A stretch of 52,983 nt of DNA from a virus (IMGVR_UViG_3300038379_000080:1-52983), one strand, 5' to 3'. Positions 17,130 through 26,828 are shown, counted from the first letter of the stretch. Made by a program: numbers and translations. The notes: a model not told the origin generated them from the letters alone.

Positions 17130-17451
17130 GAACGATGTCCCGCTTCGGAGCCGATTCTTCGAGCTTGTATTCGCTTGGGCGGGGTAGCCTGAAGAACATC
17201 TCCTTGATTTCCATCCCGTCTACGACGATCTTCACGAGCTTATACTCGTGATACATGATCGTCTTCGCATGCTTGCGGAATTGCTCCTTGGTCAACGTCT
17301 TGAACTTCTGTCCAACTTCAGGAAACATCATTTCCAAGTGGATTTTACAATCCTTGTGGACAGCCAGCTCAACGCCAAACACAAGAGGCTTATCGGGCGG
17401 CGGGGGTGGAGGGCATGCCGACAGTGCCAGAATCAAGCAGCAGGTGTACAC
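17107..17451 (-). CDS. putative exported protein
   Basis: Leader LILALSAC plus poly-Pro; 'V.KDCKI' shared with 15734..16093. Confidence 0.6.
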   Translation of the reverse strand: MYTCCLILALSACPPPPPPDKPLVFGVELAVHKDCKIHLEMMFPEVGQKFKTLTKEQFRKHAKTIMYHEYKLVKIVVDGMEIKEMFFRLPRPSEYKLEESAPKRDIVRVSTTKP

Positions 17452-17933
17452 GGCTTCTCCTTCACTTCCAGAAGAGAATCTTCGATCTCGATGTAGAAGT
17501 CAGCAGCCTCGCGAAGCTCTTGCGGGATTCCGCACGCGAAGATGATGCACCTGACTCCCTTGTCTCGGATGAACCGCACGAGATCGATTAGATCCGCGTC
17601 AGCCGATCCGAGGACTACCGTGTCAACACGATCAAGTACACGGACGACATCAAGCGTTAAGCCGATATCCCAATCAGCCTTACGGATAACTTGCTTGACG
17701 TTATCCTCAGACATACGAGATCGCTTGTACTTGGTGTCGTATCCCAGCTTCTTGAGGCAGTTGATGAAGGGATTTGCTTCCTCACCCATCTGCACCCCGT
17801 AGGCAAAGGCCCGGTAAAGTTGGCCAAGTTCGCCAACCTTATCTCGGATCTTTGCATAGTCGAGCTTGCGATTCTGGAATCGCTTGCCGACACAATAGTA
17901 CAGGTTGGCGATATCAACGAACAATGCGTTCAT
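17433..17933 (-). CDS. NYN-domain (LabA/DUF88, PIN-like) protein
   Basis: FVDIANL, KADWDIGLTLD, LGSADAD, LREAADFY. Confidence 0.85.
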   Translation of the reverse strand: MNALFVDIANLYYCVGKRFQNRKLDYAKIRDKVGELGQLYRAFAYGVQMGEEANPFINCLKKLGYDTKYKRSRMSEDNVKQVIRKADWDIGLTLDVVRVLDRVDTVVLGSADADLIDLVRFIRDKGVRCIIFACGIPQELREAADFYIEIEDSLLEVKEKPCTPAA

Positions 17934-20089
17934 GGTACAGGAATCTCGCATACGGGTCCAGAGCAATACCTTTCGTCAATGCCATCGCTGTTGCTCAGTT
18001 GTGACCAGTCGATGGAAGAAATCTGATTAAGCCGACGATAGTATTCGGCTTGGCTGATCCCTTCCTCAGGCATTTGACGATACGCTCCCTTCGGGGAGTG
18101 TGGCAATAGAGACACGGATTTTGTCAGCGGAGCAATCGCTGATAGTACGGGTTCGATGTCTTTTTCCTCATGTCGAGGGTCGAACTCGTACACTTTGGCT
18201 TCAAGAAGCACGCCGTCCTGGAACTTGCATTTGACCTTATACCTTTCAGGCCAAGTGTACTCGGGCATCTCGTTGCTGATGATTTGGGCTGCAGCCGTGA
18301 TCCCGAAATAGTGTTCGAGTCTGGCAATGAAATCATCATCAACATGCTCTACGAGCGCCCACATGGGGCGAAAATAAAGTGTGTTGCTAACCGAGTTATC
18401 AGACCACTCGCGTTGCAACACGATCAGGTTCATCGCCTGTTCCCAAACTGTGACCTGATCAGCGGGCTGGGCCGGACCTTGATGAATGGGCCACTCGAAT
18501 ACATCGGTGTACTGGTCGTAATAGTCCTCCTCAAAAGGAACGCCCGCGAAGATGAGCAATTGGTGTACAGGGCTGTTCTTGGCAACCCGCACACGGCGTA
18601 AGGTGTAATTGAACGTGGGGTGTCCGACACCGGAAGTCTTGCCAGCCAGCTTCGGGACTGTTCCGCCTGGCTTGATCGTTGTGTGACGAATCGGTCTCGG
18701 AACGCCAGCTTCGTCGTTCGCCCATTGGGCTGTCCGAACAACCTCACTGTACCCTTCTCGCATGCAGCGAGTAACCTTGTGGACACCCTTGTCGTGCTTC
18801 CAGCCGGTGTAGTCAACAATGCCCACACCAATACGACGGTTACGAGCAACAACCCGATTCGTGCTAGGTTGATGAGTCGGTAGCAACGAAACAGTTGTGC
18901 AGTACATTGTGGCATACCCGCACGCCTCCAGCCATTGATCATGAGAACTGCACATAGTCGGGAACGTTTCCGACAAGTTACAGACCTCTCTGTGTTCAAG
19001 TGGAATTTCCCCACACGGATTGAAGCCTACTGCCTTATCTGGCCGAAGATCCTTCATCTTCTTGCCAATACGACCATAAGGCATATTGACCCTGTTGATG
19101 TAGCCAGGCTCTCCGTTTTTAACAACCCGTCGAGCGATTTCGCCTAGAGAATCGAAATCCTCTGGCGTCTCCAACTCAACGCTGTTGTTCGACATCCAGC
19201 CGTAGGCTTCTCGCTCCGGGAACCTGCTGTAGTCCTTCAAGTCTGGAAAGACCGGGTCGGACATCTTGCCTTTGGTTAACTCTGCGCTGCGCCGGACGTT
19301 GCCAGCAACAACGGCTACACCAGTCAAGTTGCCCAGATTCGTTTTCAAGTACACGCTATCGTATTCAGGGCGTGTGCCAAAAATCTCAAACTGCTCGATA
19401 GTTTGCTCGTGCAGTTTCTTGAGCGGAGCCGGTCCAGAAGAAATCCCACCAAAACCTTTGATTGGCAGATTTGGGCCACGAACCTTATCGTAGATCATTC
19501 GAGGCAGCTTTTGATCTGGCTTGGTGAAAGCATCGATCATTCGCTTCTCGGACTCTGCCCAACCTTCTCTTGTGTCTGGGATGACAAAATCATAAGTCCC
19601 GACCGGCTTGTAGATTTTCATGGCGTCATTTCGGAGCGGACCAAATCCGACTCCAACGCCACACATGAGAGAATCCATAAGCCAAGAGATGTCATCCCCG
19701 ATATCGTCCGTGATATCTGTGTAGGCACAGTTGTAAAGCGCCATGCTACCGCGTTCATAGATGAACTGCGTGCCCATCGCCCACAACCCTCGCCCTGGCG
19801 GGAGCCAACGCATCATGAAAGCTGATTCAATGAAGCCAACGGCATAGGCTTGCCAAAAGTCTTCATCCCACTTAATGTGGTTCTTGACGTACCAATCTTT
19901 CCTGACGCTGAAGGTTCCATTGGTGACACGAATCATCGTGTCAGCCCAATCTTCCTGTTTCGGTTCAGCCCGAGAATATGTCCGGTAGAACAGGAATTCA
20001 CCGAAGCCGTTATAACCAAACGGCGGAATAAGACTTCGGACATAATCCTCAGTCTTATGATTGATTTCGAAACGCTCTGTGACGTACAT
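17930..20089 (-). CDS. nrdJ: class II (B12-dependent, monomeric RTPR-type) ribonucleotide reductase
   Basis: PPGRGLWAMG, LYNCA, GNVRRSAE, NPCGEI, TIKPGGT, C-terminal CSGPVC. Confidence 0.95.
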   Translation of the reverse strand: MYVTERFEINHKTEDYVRSLIPPFGYNGFGEFLFYRTYSRAEPKQEDWADTMIRVTNGTFSVRKDWYVKNHIKWDEDFWQAYAVGFIESAFMMRWLPPGRGLWAMGTQFIYERGSMALYNCAYTDITDDIGDDISWLMDSLMCGVGVGFGPLRNDAMKIYKPVGTYDFVIPDTREGWAESEKRMIDAFTKPDQKLPRMIYDKVRGPNLPIKGFGGISSGPAPLKKLHEQTIEQFEIFGTRPEYDSVYLKTNLGNLTGVAVVAGNVRRSAELTKGKMSDPVFPDLKDYSRFPEREAYGWMSNNSVELETPEDFDSLGEIARRVVKNGEPGYINRVNMPYGRIGKKMKDLRPDKAVGFNPCGEIPLEHREVCNLSETFPTMCSSHDQWLEACGYATMYCTTVSLLPTHQPSTNRVVARNRRIGVGIVDYTGWKHDKGVHKVTRCMREGYSEVVRTAQWANDEAGVPRPIRHTTIKPGGTVPKLAGKTSGVGHPTFNYTLRRVRVAKNSPVHQLLIFAGVPFEEDYYDQYTDVFEWPIHQGPAQPADQVTVWEQAMNLIVLQREWSDNSVSNTLYFRPMWALVEHVDDDFIARLEHYFGITAAAQIISNEMPEYTWPERYKVKCKFQDGVLLEAKVYEFDPRHEEKDIEPVLSAIAPLTKSVSLLPHSPKGAYRQMPEEGISQAEYYRRLNQISSIDWSQLSNSDGIDERYCSGPVCEIPVP

Positions 20090-20436
20090 CAGTCTCCCAA
20101 CTCGTACATCCTGGTCACGTCCGTCGCAACGATCGTGAACCTCAACTGCTTGAAGGCTTTGGCAATCATAGTGCCAAGGCTCTTAGCATGCTGAAACACT
20201 TCCTCTGGCTTCTTCGGATACCGAGGATAGTTGATCAGGCTAATCCTTGCACACGGCTCGCTGCCGTCCTTGTAGACGCAGGTGCCGAAAATCACTTCGA
20301 CGCCAAGTCCAATATCGTTGCAATAGCACTGACACCAAGCCAGTAGCTCTCGTTCATTGTGAAGAGGTCCGTCGTACCCTTCTCGCATACCGACGGTGAT
20401 AACGGCCGTGTATGTAGGAACTTCTACGACTTTCAT
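20089..20436 (-). CDS. hypothetical phage protein
   Basis: VGMREGY...INYPRYP motif. Confidence 0.7.
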   Translation of the reverse strand: MKVVEVPTYTAVITVGMREGYDGPLHNERELLAWCQCYCNDIGLGVEVIFGTCVYKDGSEPCARISLINYPRYPKKPEEVFQHAKSLGTMIAKAFKQLRFTIVATDVTRMYELGD

Positions 20437-20651
20437 CGGTATGACCTTTCAACGGCGGCTTGTGCCCAAAACAGAGACTCTTCAAGAGCTGTGATCGCTG
20501 CTGACTGTTCCCGACCGGGAGACGTGATTTCGATCACCTTTGTCGCATGGATCTTTGTCTGACCCCACAGAAGCTCTATCAGAGCATCCGCGTGTGGATG
20601 CGGGTGCTTCTGCCTTCGAGTAAAACGTCGATCGATTTCCAGAGCATCCAC
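20433..20651 (-). CDS. Acb2/Tad1-like helical hairpin protein (putative nucleotide sponge)
   Basis: IDRRFT...PGREQSAAITALEESLFWAQAAV. Confidence 0.55.
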   Translation of the reverse strand: MDALEIDRRFTRRQKHPHPHADALIELLWGQTKIHATKVIEITSPGREQSAAITALEESLFWAQAAVERSYR

Positions 20652-20652
20652 G

Positions 20653-20841
20653 TCACAATCTCCAGAAGAGATGACCGCACAATAGACCGGCGGCAAAGGG
20701 GATAATAGCTTCGGACTCAGAGAGCTTAACGATTACATTGGAAATCGTCGCCTCCGGTCCTCCTACCTTATAGGCTACAATATCATACAACATGAGTATG
20801 ATGACCGTGAGCAGGAGAACGATTTTGGTTGTGTATATCAC
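20653..20841 (-). CDS. small membrane protein
   Basis: TM helix, ATIS, IPFAAGLLCGHLFW. Confidence 0.6.
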   Translation of the reverse strand: MIYTTKIVLLLTVIILMLYDIVAYKVGGPEATISNVIVKLSESEAIIPFAAGLLCGHLFWRL

Positions 20842-20972
20842 TCTTTGATACTCCAAAGAAGAAAGAGTGCGCAATAGGTGAACATAGTTGCCCACCACAT
20901 CCAAGGGAATGGAGTACGCAGGAACCATCCGAGTAGGATGGCTCCTGCAACCCCAACAACGAACTTAGTCAT
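20838..20972 (-). CDS. small membrane protein (44 aa, not in ORF track)
   Basis: MTKFVVGVAGAILLGWFL...; GAGGA RBS. Confidence 0.55.
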   Translation of the reverse strand: MTKFVVGVAGAILLGWFLRTPFPWMWWATMFTYCALFLLWSIKE

Positions 20973-21558
20973 GTTCCTCGACACGCGGCATGCCGAGAAC
21001 AGACTTCTTCAAGGCAACACCACAATTGTACTTGTAGTGCTTCTTGGGCGGATTTCCATTCACGCCCGGTGTGATCTCGATTTCGAGAAGCTCTGCTTCC
21101 TTGGTCGCTGTCTCGTAGGCAGGATGCGAAGCCGTGATCATGATTTTGGCAGTAGCTCCGCCAGCGGCGTTGTACCAAAACATCCCTGATACCGGACCGA
21201 ACACGCCACTACTGTTAGAAGTAGTAGCTGCCGGATCAGTGGCTCCAACAACCTTGTTGCTGTCACCTTCGATCTTTACCGTCACTGTTGCACCAGAAAT
21301 CGGCTCAACAGTGTTGAAATCCATTACGCCACCGGAGACCTCGAACGTGTCGTGATTCGAGGGATGGCCCGAGCCTCCACCATCCGGATCGGTAGTATTG
21401 AAATCAAAGACAGCTCCAGTCACCTTGAACTTCTTTGAGTTCGCAGTCGGCTCAACAAGGACAGGGCCGATCAAGGAAACAAATTCTTGACCACCATCGT
21501 CCGTGTTCGTCGGGGTTCCCACAATACACCTCACTTCATGATGGAAAGGTAATGCCAC
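20965..21558 (-). CDS. beta-sandwich (prealbumin/carboxypeptidase-regulatory-like) protein
   Basis: VSGGVMDFNT.EPISGATVTV...TTSNSSGVF...ITASHPAYET. Confidence 0.55.
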   Translation of the reverse strand: MALPFHHEVRCIVGTPTNTDDGGQEFVSLIGPVLVEPTANSKKFKVTGAVFDFNTTDPDGGGSGHPSNHDTFEVSGGVMDFNTVEPISGATVTVKIEGDSNKVVGATDPAATTSNSSGVFGPVSGMFWYNAAGGATAKIMITASHPAYETATKEAELLEIEITPGVNGNPPKKHYKYNCGVALKKSVLGMPRVEEHD

Positions 21559-21875
21559 CAGTTGCAGGGTTTGAAGAGTTTTTGATACTCTTCCTCCGTT
21601 GCCGCCACCAGCACCCAGATACCAACACCATGAGCAACGAACTTGGGGAAATCCTCAAGCTGTTGATTTGTGAAGGCGTACTTCTGCGGGTTTTTCACTT
21701 CAATCCAACGAGAACCATACCGAGGGTGGCAGGCGTACAGGTCCGGAAATCCGGACTGATACATATTGCCATGCGTCACCTTGACGAACCAGCCTCGGCA
21801 TTCAAGAAAGTGGATAATTGCTTCCTTGATTTTGTCCTCAGGTTTCCCGCGTTTCTTAGCCTGGAACGGGTCCAC
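21531..21875 (-). CDS. VRR-NUC family nuclease
   Basis: PEDKI...GFPDL...WIEVK...Q. Confidence 0.85.
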   Translation of the reverse strand: MDPFQAKKRGKPEDKIKEAIIHFLECRGWFVKVTHGNMYQSGFPDLYACHPRYGSRWIEVKNPQKYAFTNQQLEDFPKFVAHGVGIWVLVAATEEEYQKLFKPCNWWHYLSIMK

Positions 21876-22113
21876 GTTGTGCCCTCGCGAGTGCGAGGAG
21901 ACCAACAGCTTGCTGGAGTTTGTCATGATATGTCCTCAAAGAGCCGGCTTCAAAAGCCGCTTGAGCCTCTGAAATCAATTCAGTGGCCTTACGCTCAGAG
22001 TAGCCGGGATCGTTCATCCCGACCACAAAGGAAAACGGACTCTTGTCATTTGGATTGAACAGACTCTCCAGCAGAATGCTGTGGATCGCCTTCTTTGTGA
22101 CTTTGGCCTTCAT
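21856..22113 (-). CDS. hypothetical protein
   Basis: ORF in operon. Confidence 0.6.
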   Translation of the reverse strand: MKAKVTKKAIHSILLESLFNPNDKSPFSFVVGMNDPGYSERKATELISEAQAAFEAGSLRTYHDKLQQAVGLLALARAQRGPVPG

Positions 22114-22141
22114 GGTAGGTACTCGGTTTGCAGGTTCAGGA

Positions 22142-22555
22142 TTAGGGACGACCGTAGCGATCGTTCCACGCTTTCTTGAGCAGCTTCATCTTCTTCCTAA
22201 GAAGAATCTGCTCGGCGAGCCGATTCTGTCCAAGCAGCTTGTATCGCTCCCAGACTTCGGGACGAAGAAGTGCCCAGACTTTCCGTGTATCCTCATAGGC
22301 TCCGGCTCGGACTTCCTTGAGGAAATCGAGTCGTTCATTCAGAACAGACTCGTTCAAAAGTTCGTCGGCCTGGACAACCTCATCATACTGGCTGTCCGGC
22401 ACACCCGCCATCAGGGTCAGTTCCTTCATCTCCAGATAGAGGGTCTCGACTTGGCTGATCAGAGATTTCATTGTTGCCCTTTTGTTGCCATTTCTCGAAC
22501 TCTTTCCTCTTCTCGTCGAGAATCTTTTCCAGTTCCATGACCTATCCCTGGCCAA
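22142..22555 (-). CDS. hypothetical protein
   Basis: ORF; start uncertain. Confidence 0.55.
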   Translation of the reverse strand: MARDRSWNWKRFSTRRGKSSRNGNKRATMKSLISQVETLYLEMKELTLMAGVPDSQYDEVVQADELLNESVLNERLDFLKEVRAGAYEDTRKVWALLRPEVWERYKLLGQNRLAEQILLRKKMKLLKKAWNDRYGRP

Positions 22556-22700
22556 TCATGTTTTGAATACGGGCAAATGTTGCAACCATGTTACAACACT
22601 GCTCATACATGAGTACCTCGTACTCGGTCAGCTTGTGCGTCTTACACTTTTCACCGAAGGCTTGCACTGTTTGCATGACCATCATAATGGTCTGTTCCAT
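22542..22700 (-). CDS. hypothetical protein (52 aa, not in ORF track)
   Basis: GGAGG RBS; MEQTIMMVMQ... Confidence 0.5.
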   Translation of the reverse strand: MEQTIMMVMQTVQAFGEKCKTHKLTEYEVLMYEQCCNMVATFARIQNMIGQG

Positions 22701-22701
22701 A

Positions 22702-22893
22702 TCAAGCCTCCAGTTCCGCTACTTGCTGTTCGAGTTCGATCGTCCGTGTTTCAAGAAGCACAATCTTGTTGCGAAGTGCTTCGATTTCATTCACGACTTC
22801 TGGCACCCATTTCTCAACGAAATCGACGCAACCCTCCCCATTGTTCATCATGGCCGCGAAAGACTCGTTGAGGAATTCCTGCACGTTCAACAT
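22702..22893 (-). CDS. coiled-coil hypothetical protein
   Basis: ORF with AAAGG RBS. Confidence 0.6.
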   Translation of the reverse strand: MLNVQEFLNESFAAMMNNGEGCVDFVEKWVPEVVNEIEALRNKIVLLETRTIELEQQVAELEA

Positions 22894-23016
22894 GGTTGCC
22901 TTTCTGGAGTGCTACCACCTCCCGTTCGAGAAATCCGATGTAGCGGCTTTGAAGCGCCACTATCATCATAAGCCCAACTACCATACAGAGTAGTAGACCA
23001 ATAACGGTGCGTTCCA

Positions 23017-25623
23017 TTAGCTCTTGTCCGCCCATGTTTTGCAATATTTCTGCCAGTCCATGCGGATTAACGGAACCTTCGGCCTGAAGGTTTCCACAGT
23101 CTCCTTGACCACCTTAGCAACTTTGTCTACGTACTCTGGCAGACAAGGACATTGGATTTCGTCATGCACGTTCATTGGTTGCACAACAAATCTGCTCACA
23201 CCGTGCGGTTGTAGATCCCAAATCTTTCGCTGCACTTCTTTCGTCACAGTAGCACCGGAAGACTGGATTACATGGTTGTTTGCTGCTCTGATATTGCTGG
23301 CCTGGATAGCGAACGCCGCGCCATACAAAGCAGATTGCACAGCACCATGTGCCGTTTGCATTCTATCTCTTCGCATGACAGGGATGGAAATCCGCTTCCA
23401 TTCCTTGGGAGGATTTTGTGCGAGTAGATAGAGTGTCTTAGCGATCTGGTTCTCAAGAGTAAAATACCTTCGGAAGCCGAACATTGACTCAATGTAGTCC
23501 GCAGGAGTCTTGTACTCAATTTTAGAACCGATACCTCCGGCCTGTCGCAAAGCGCCAAGCATGTTATCGATCCTAACCTGAGAACGCTTGATGCCAGGGA
23601 ATTCCTTATGGAATCGAGCCAACGCCGCCAAAGCCACTTCAAGAGGTACACCAAGTCGCTCGACAAGAGTGTGTTCCGTTCCTCCATACATCATCGCGAA
23701 GACTGCACTCTTCGCCCTCGTGTACAGGTCATCAGGTGTGCCGCTTGTTGCCTTGAGAGACTCGTAGGTGTGCTGCGGGTACACATGCACACCGAAGAGA
23801 GCGTGAATTTTCTTGCCGTCAGCGGAGCCGCAGTTCTTGCAGATGAAATCGTTGTCGAACTTCTCCGAGAAGATTTCTTCCTGCGTCTTTGGGGTGTAAC
23901 CTTCTTCCTTCTTGGCTCTCTTCTTTTCGGCTGCAATACGCCATTCAACATATTCCTTCATGTTAATGACGTAATCTTTGGCTGCTGTCTGGTCCGAAAT
24001 CCACTGCAAACGGCCAGAGCAACGCTCACACGTTAGGAGTTGTGTACGGAGGTTCTCGTCGTTATACTCTGCTTCGGCAAGAGTGACCTCGAATGCAGAG
24101 AAATCACCCCCGGACAAAACGTATCCGGGAAATGCAAGCGGGAATTGCTTGCGCACTTCTTTTGTTTTTTTGATGCCTTGCGGGTTGAGACCGTCACCTT
24201 TTGCCTTGCCTCCGGCCTCAATACCGCGAGAAGTGCCGCCACCGCCCATACGACTGGAAAGAGCGCCAATGACAGCAAAAGAAGCATGAAAGCGTCCAGC
24301 CAGAATGAATTTGTCATACAGGTCTGCCTCGTATTGTGCTTGTCGGGCTTTCAGCACTTCGTCTGCCCGATAAGCTGCCGGGTGTGTTACTTCTCCAGTC
24401 GCTTTGCAAGTCTTGCAATCTCCGCCTTCTGCTGAAAGCTGCGTTCCGCCTTTACACTCCGGGCAGTCGCGCTTCCATTTCTTGACTGCTTTTTCCAGAA
24501 CGATTTTGGACGTTGATACGTTGAACCCATCAGTCGAGCAGCCGAGCTTCTCGGTTTCATCCATCAACTCCTCGATGTACTTCCGAGCTTCTTTAGGCGA
24601 CGTGGGGACGGGTCGCATCTGACCGTTAAAGTTTTTGTATCGTCGGTTCAGGGTGTCGTCTCGGAGCTTCTGCAAGCCCGCAACATCTACGGCGTAGCCT
24701 CGCCACCGACAGGCAGCGATCATGCAAGCAAGCGTAGAATCATCATCACCAGAAGGTGGGCAACCAAAGTGATGATACAGCCGGCGAAGATAATCAACAT
24801 CGTCGGCTGCGTATTTCCGGGCTGTTTCATGAAATCTCCAGTGGGAGATATGGTGCTTGATTTTCTCAGGCCAAGCCCCTTTCCAGTCTTTACGCGATCC
24901 GCCTAGAGCTTTGGCAAAGGGCGCATATCCCAGCTCTTGTGGATACCATGTTTTATCCACTTCGATGTTGGCAAACAGAAGTACGCGATCAGGAGGAAGT
25001 TTGAGTGCGTCTGTGGCGAGAGCTTTGAGCGCTGAGGAACTTTTGAAACGAAGCACGATGTCCTTGAAATCGGGAATAATATCGCCTTCGCGATTCTTCA
25101 CGTCAAAGACTTGCCAGCGTTTGGCATGCTTGTCCTTACGCCGGGCAAAGTAGATTTCCGGCAAAGGGATTCGTTTTTCAAGTTCGTCGGCTAGTTGCCA
25201 CGCGAGAGCTGTAGGCACACGCCTAACTCGAATATCACCGCGTTCCATTGTGGATTGATACGGACCCTTACGGGCAAACAGCATCAAATCCAGGGCAGAC
25301 TTGGGCTTGCAGCAAAGACCATCCCGTGCTTGCATTTCCAAATCAGCTAGATCGTCAATGATGTCGATAGGCTCCGCAGACCAGTCGTGATACTGGCTGA
25401 GGACTGTGTACAGCTTGCAAATCATGAACCAATCGAATGTAATGTTGAACGCGCATACATCGCGATCGCAAAAGTATTCGATCAGCTTGAGGGTGTCCTC
25501 GATCGGTTCGACCCAAGGACAGTAGAGTTGAATCGGGCCATCGTCTTCGGCCCATTGGAGGAGGACGGGCATCCCGTGCAGCCCGCAAGTTTCTGTGTCG
25601 AAGAAGATCATTGTATACTCCAA
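23017..25623 (-). CDS. polA: family A DNA polymerase with 3'-5' exonuclease
   Basis: FFDTET exonuclease motif; NPQGI; motif A GDFSAFE, B RAKSAVFAMMYGG, C VHDEI. Confidence 0.92.
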   Translation of the reverse strand: MEYTMIFFDTETCGLHGMPVLLQWAEDDGPIQLYCPWVEPIEDTLKLIEYFCDRDVCAFNITFDWFMICKLYTVLSQYHDWSAEPIDIIDDLADLEMQARDGLCCKPKSALDLMLFARKGPYQSTMERGDIRVRRVPTALAWQLADELEKRIPLPEIYFARRKDKHAKRWQVFDVKNREGDIIPDFKDIVLRFKSSSALKALATDALKLPPDRVLLFANIEVDKTWYPQELGYAPFAKALGGSRKDWKGAWPEKIKHHISHWRFHETARKYAADDVDYLRRLYHHFGCPPSGDDDSTLACMIAACRWRGYAVDVAGLQKLRDDTLNRRYKNFNGQMRPVPTSPKEARKYIEELMDETEKLGCSTDGFNVSTSKIVLEKAVKKWKRDCPECKGGTQLSAEGGDCKTCKATGEVTHPAAYRADEVLKARQAQYEADLYDKFILAGRFHASFAVIGALSSRMGGGGTSRGIEAGGKAKGDGLNPQGIKKTKEVRKQFPLAFPGYVLSGGDFSAFEVTLAEAEYNDENLRTQLLTCERCSGRLQWISDQTAAKDYVINMKEYVEWRIAAEKKRAKKEEGYTPKTQEEIFSEKFDNDFICKNCGSADGKKIHALFGVHVYPQHTYESLKATSGTPDDLYTRAKSAVFAMMYGGTEHTLVERLGVPLEVALAALARFHKEFPGIKRSQVRIDNMLGALRQAGGIGSKIEYKTPADYIESMFGFRRYFTLENQIAKTLYLLAQNPPKEWKRISIPVMRRDRMQTAHGAVQSALYGAAFAIQASNIRAANNHVIQSSGATVTKEVQRKIWDLQPHGVSRFVVQPMNVHDEIQCPCLPEYVDKVAKVVKETVETFRPKVPLIRMDWQKYCKTWADKS

Positions 25624-25639
25624 AAGAGGAGAAGCAAAC

Positions 25640-25767
25640 TAGGCAGCAACAAAGCCGCATGCTGCTTATGATTTCGGTAAAAGCCGCCGGCTGTCATTGA
25701 GGAATGGTTATCCATGCCAATCGCCGGTAGAGAACTTTCGACCTACTCTGAAATCTGTTGCTGCCTA
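25640..25767 (-). ncRNA. putative multibranch structured RNA
   Basis: 12-bp closing stem TAGGCAGCAACA/TGTTGCTGCCTA with nested helices. Confidence 0.5.
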
Positions 25768-25776
25768 ATTGTAAGG

Positions 25777-25887
25777 TAATCGGGGCAGGATTTTCACCTG
25801 CGAAACAGGATCGTATTCCCAAGTAGCTATCTTGGGTGCCACCATGCTAATGCTTGCCGGCGTCCCGGCTACTCCGCATTCCCGATC
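25777..25887 (-). ncRNA. tRNA-like RNA (~111 nt)
   Basis: GATCGGG/CCCGATT stem adjoining GCAGG-TGAAAAT-CCTGC arm, followed by ACC. Confidence 0.5.
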
Positions 25888-25967
25888 ATCAATGGCTCAA
25901 GGGAGGAGACCCGCCTCTCACCCCGGTAGCGGGCGGTGTGGAGGCGGGTCAACGCTCCATAAGTGAG

Positions 25968-26828
25968 CTATCCGAGTGCAGCCGCAATCAAGTCAGTTGG
26001 GATCTCATATTGGACTCCATGTTCAGCACAGAAGTCCTTCAAATCCCGTTCAATGTCAAACTGAGTGATTTCGCCGCACGCCCACGCCAAGACACGAGTA
26101 ACAAACGAGTTACCAACATTGTCTTGGATTTTTCCCATCAGCTCGAACATTTCGGATCTTGTCCGAACTGCCTTACTGAAGGGCTTTGCAACTTTCTTCT
26201 TGACGTCGATCTTCTTCCGCTGACCAAGCAGTTTGCTCTGCTTGATTTTGCGGATAGCTTCATACATGGCGTCTTTCTTTCCGCCCTTCTGAAGCTGGGC
26301 AAGTTGCCTGATGTGTTCTTGCGTAAGATAGCCTGCGGCTACCTCTTGCTGAATATCTTCAGGCAACTTGAGAACCGCAGCACAGATATGAACCCAATGC
26401 AGCGGTTGTCCAAGCTCATCTGCAACTTCTTTCTGTTGCAAACCAGCACGAAGGAAAGGCTCGACCGCCTTAGCAATCTGAAGGAGATTCAAATCCTTCC
26501 GCTTCAAATTCTCTTCGAGGTTCAATCGTCGAGCATCTAGGTCCGTAAGATTCTCACGGATGATGCTCGGGATTGTTGCCCACCTGAGAACTAGACAGGC
26601 TGTGTAGCGACGATGCCCTGCAACGATTCGCCACTTCCTTCCTGGAACGGCGATCCAGGGTTGAATGACAATCGGCTGCTCCAGTCCAGTCTTCTCGATA
26701 CTCTTGACAAGATCAAGAACATCGATCGGAGCAATTGGGCCGCGACAATTAAAGCCATTGTCGCAATAGATGTCCGCGATAGGAATATCGTGAACCTTGA
26801 TGTTGGACTCTTGCAGCTCAACGGCCAT
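25968..26828 (-). CDS. ParB/Spo0J-like protein
   Basis: GLEQPIVI, IVAGHRRY, EENLKRKDL, HTH. Confidence 0.9.
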   Translation of the reverse strand: MAVELQESNIKVHDIPIADIYCDNGFNCRGPIAPIDVLDLVKSIEKTGLEQPIVIQPWIAVPGRKWRIVAGHRRYTACLVLRWATIPSIIRENLTDLDARRLNLEENLKRKDLNLLQIAKAVEPFLRAGLQQKEVADELGQPLHWVHICAAVLKLPEDIQQEVAAGYLTQEHIRQLAQLQKGGKKDAMYEAIRKIKQSKLLGQRKKIDVKKKVAKPFSKAVRTRSEMFELMGKIQDNVGNSFVTRVLAWACGEITQFDIERDLKDFCAEHGVQYEIPTDLIAAALG

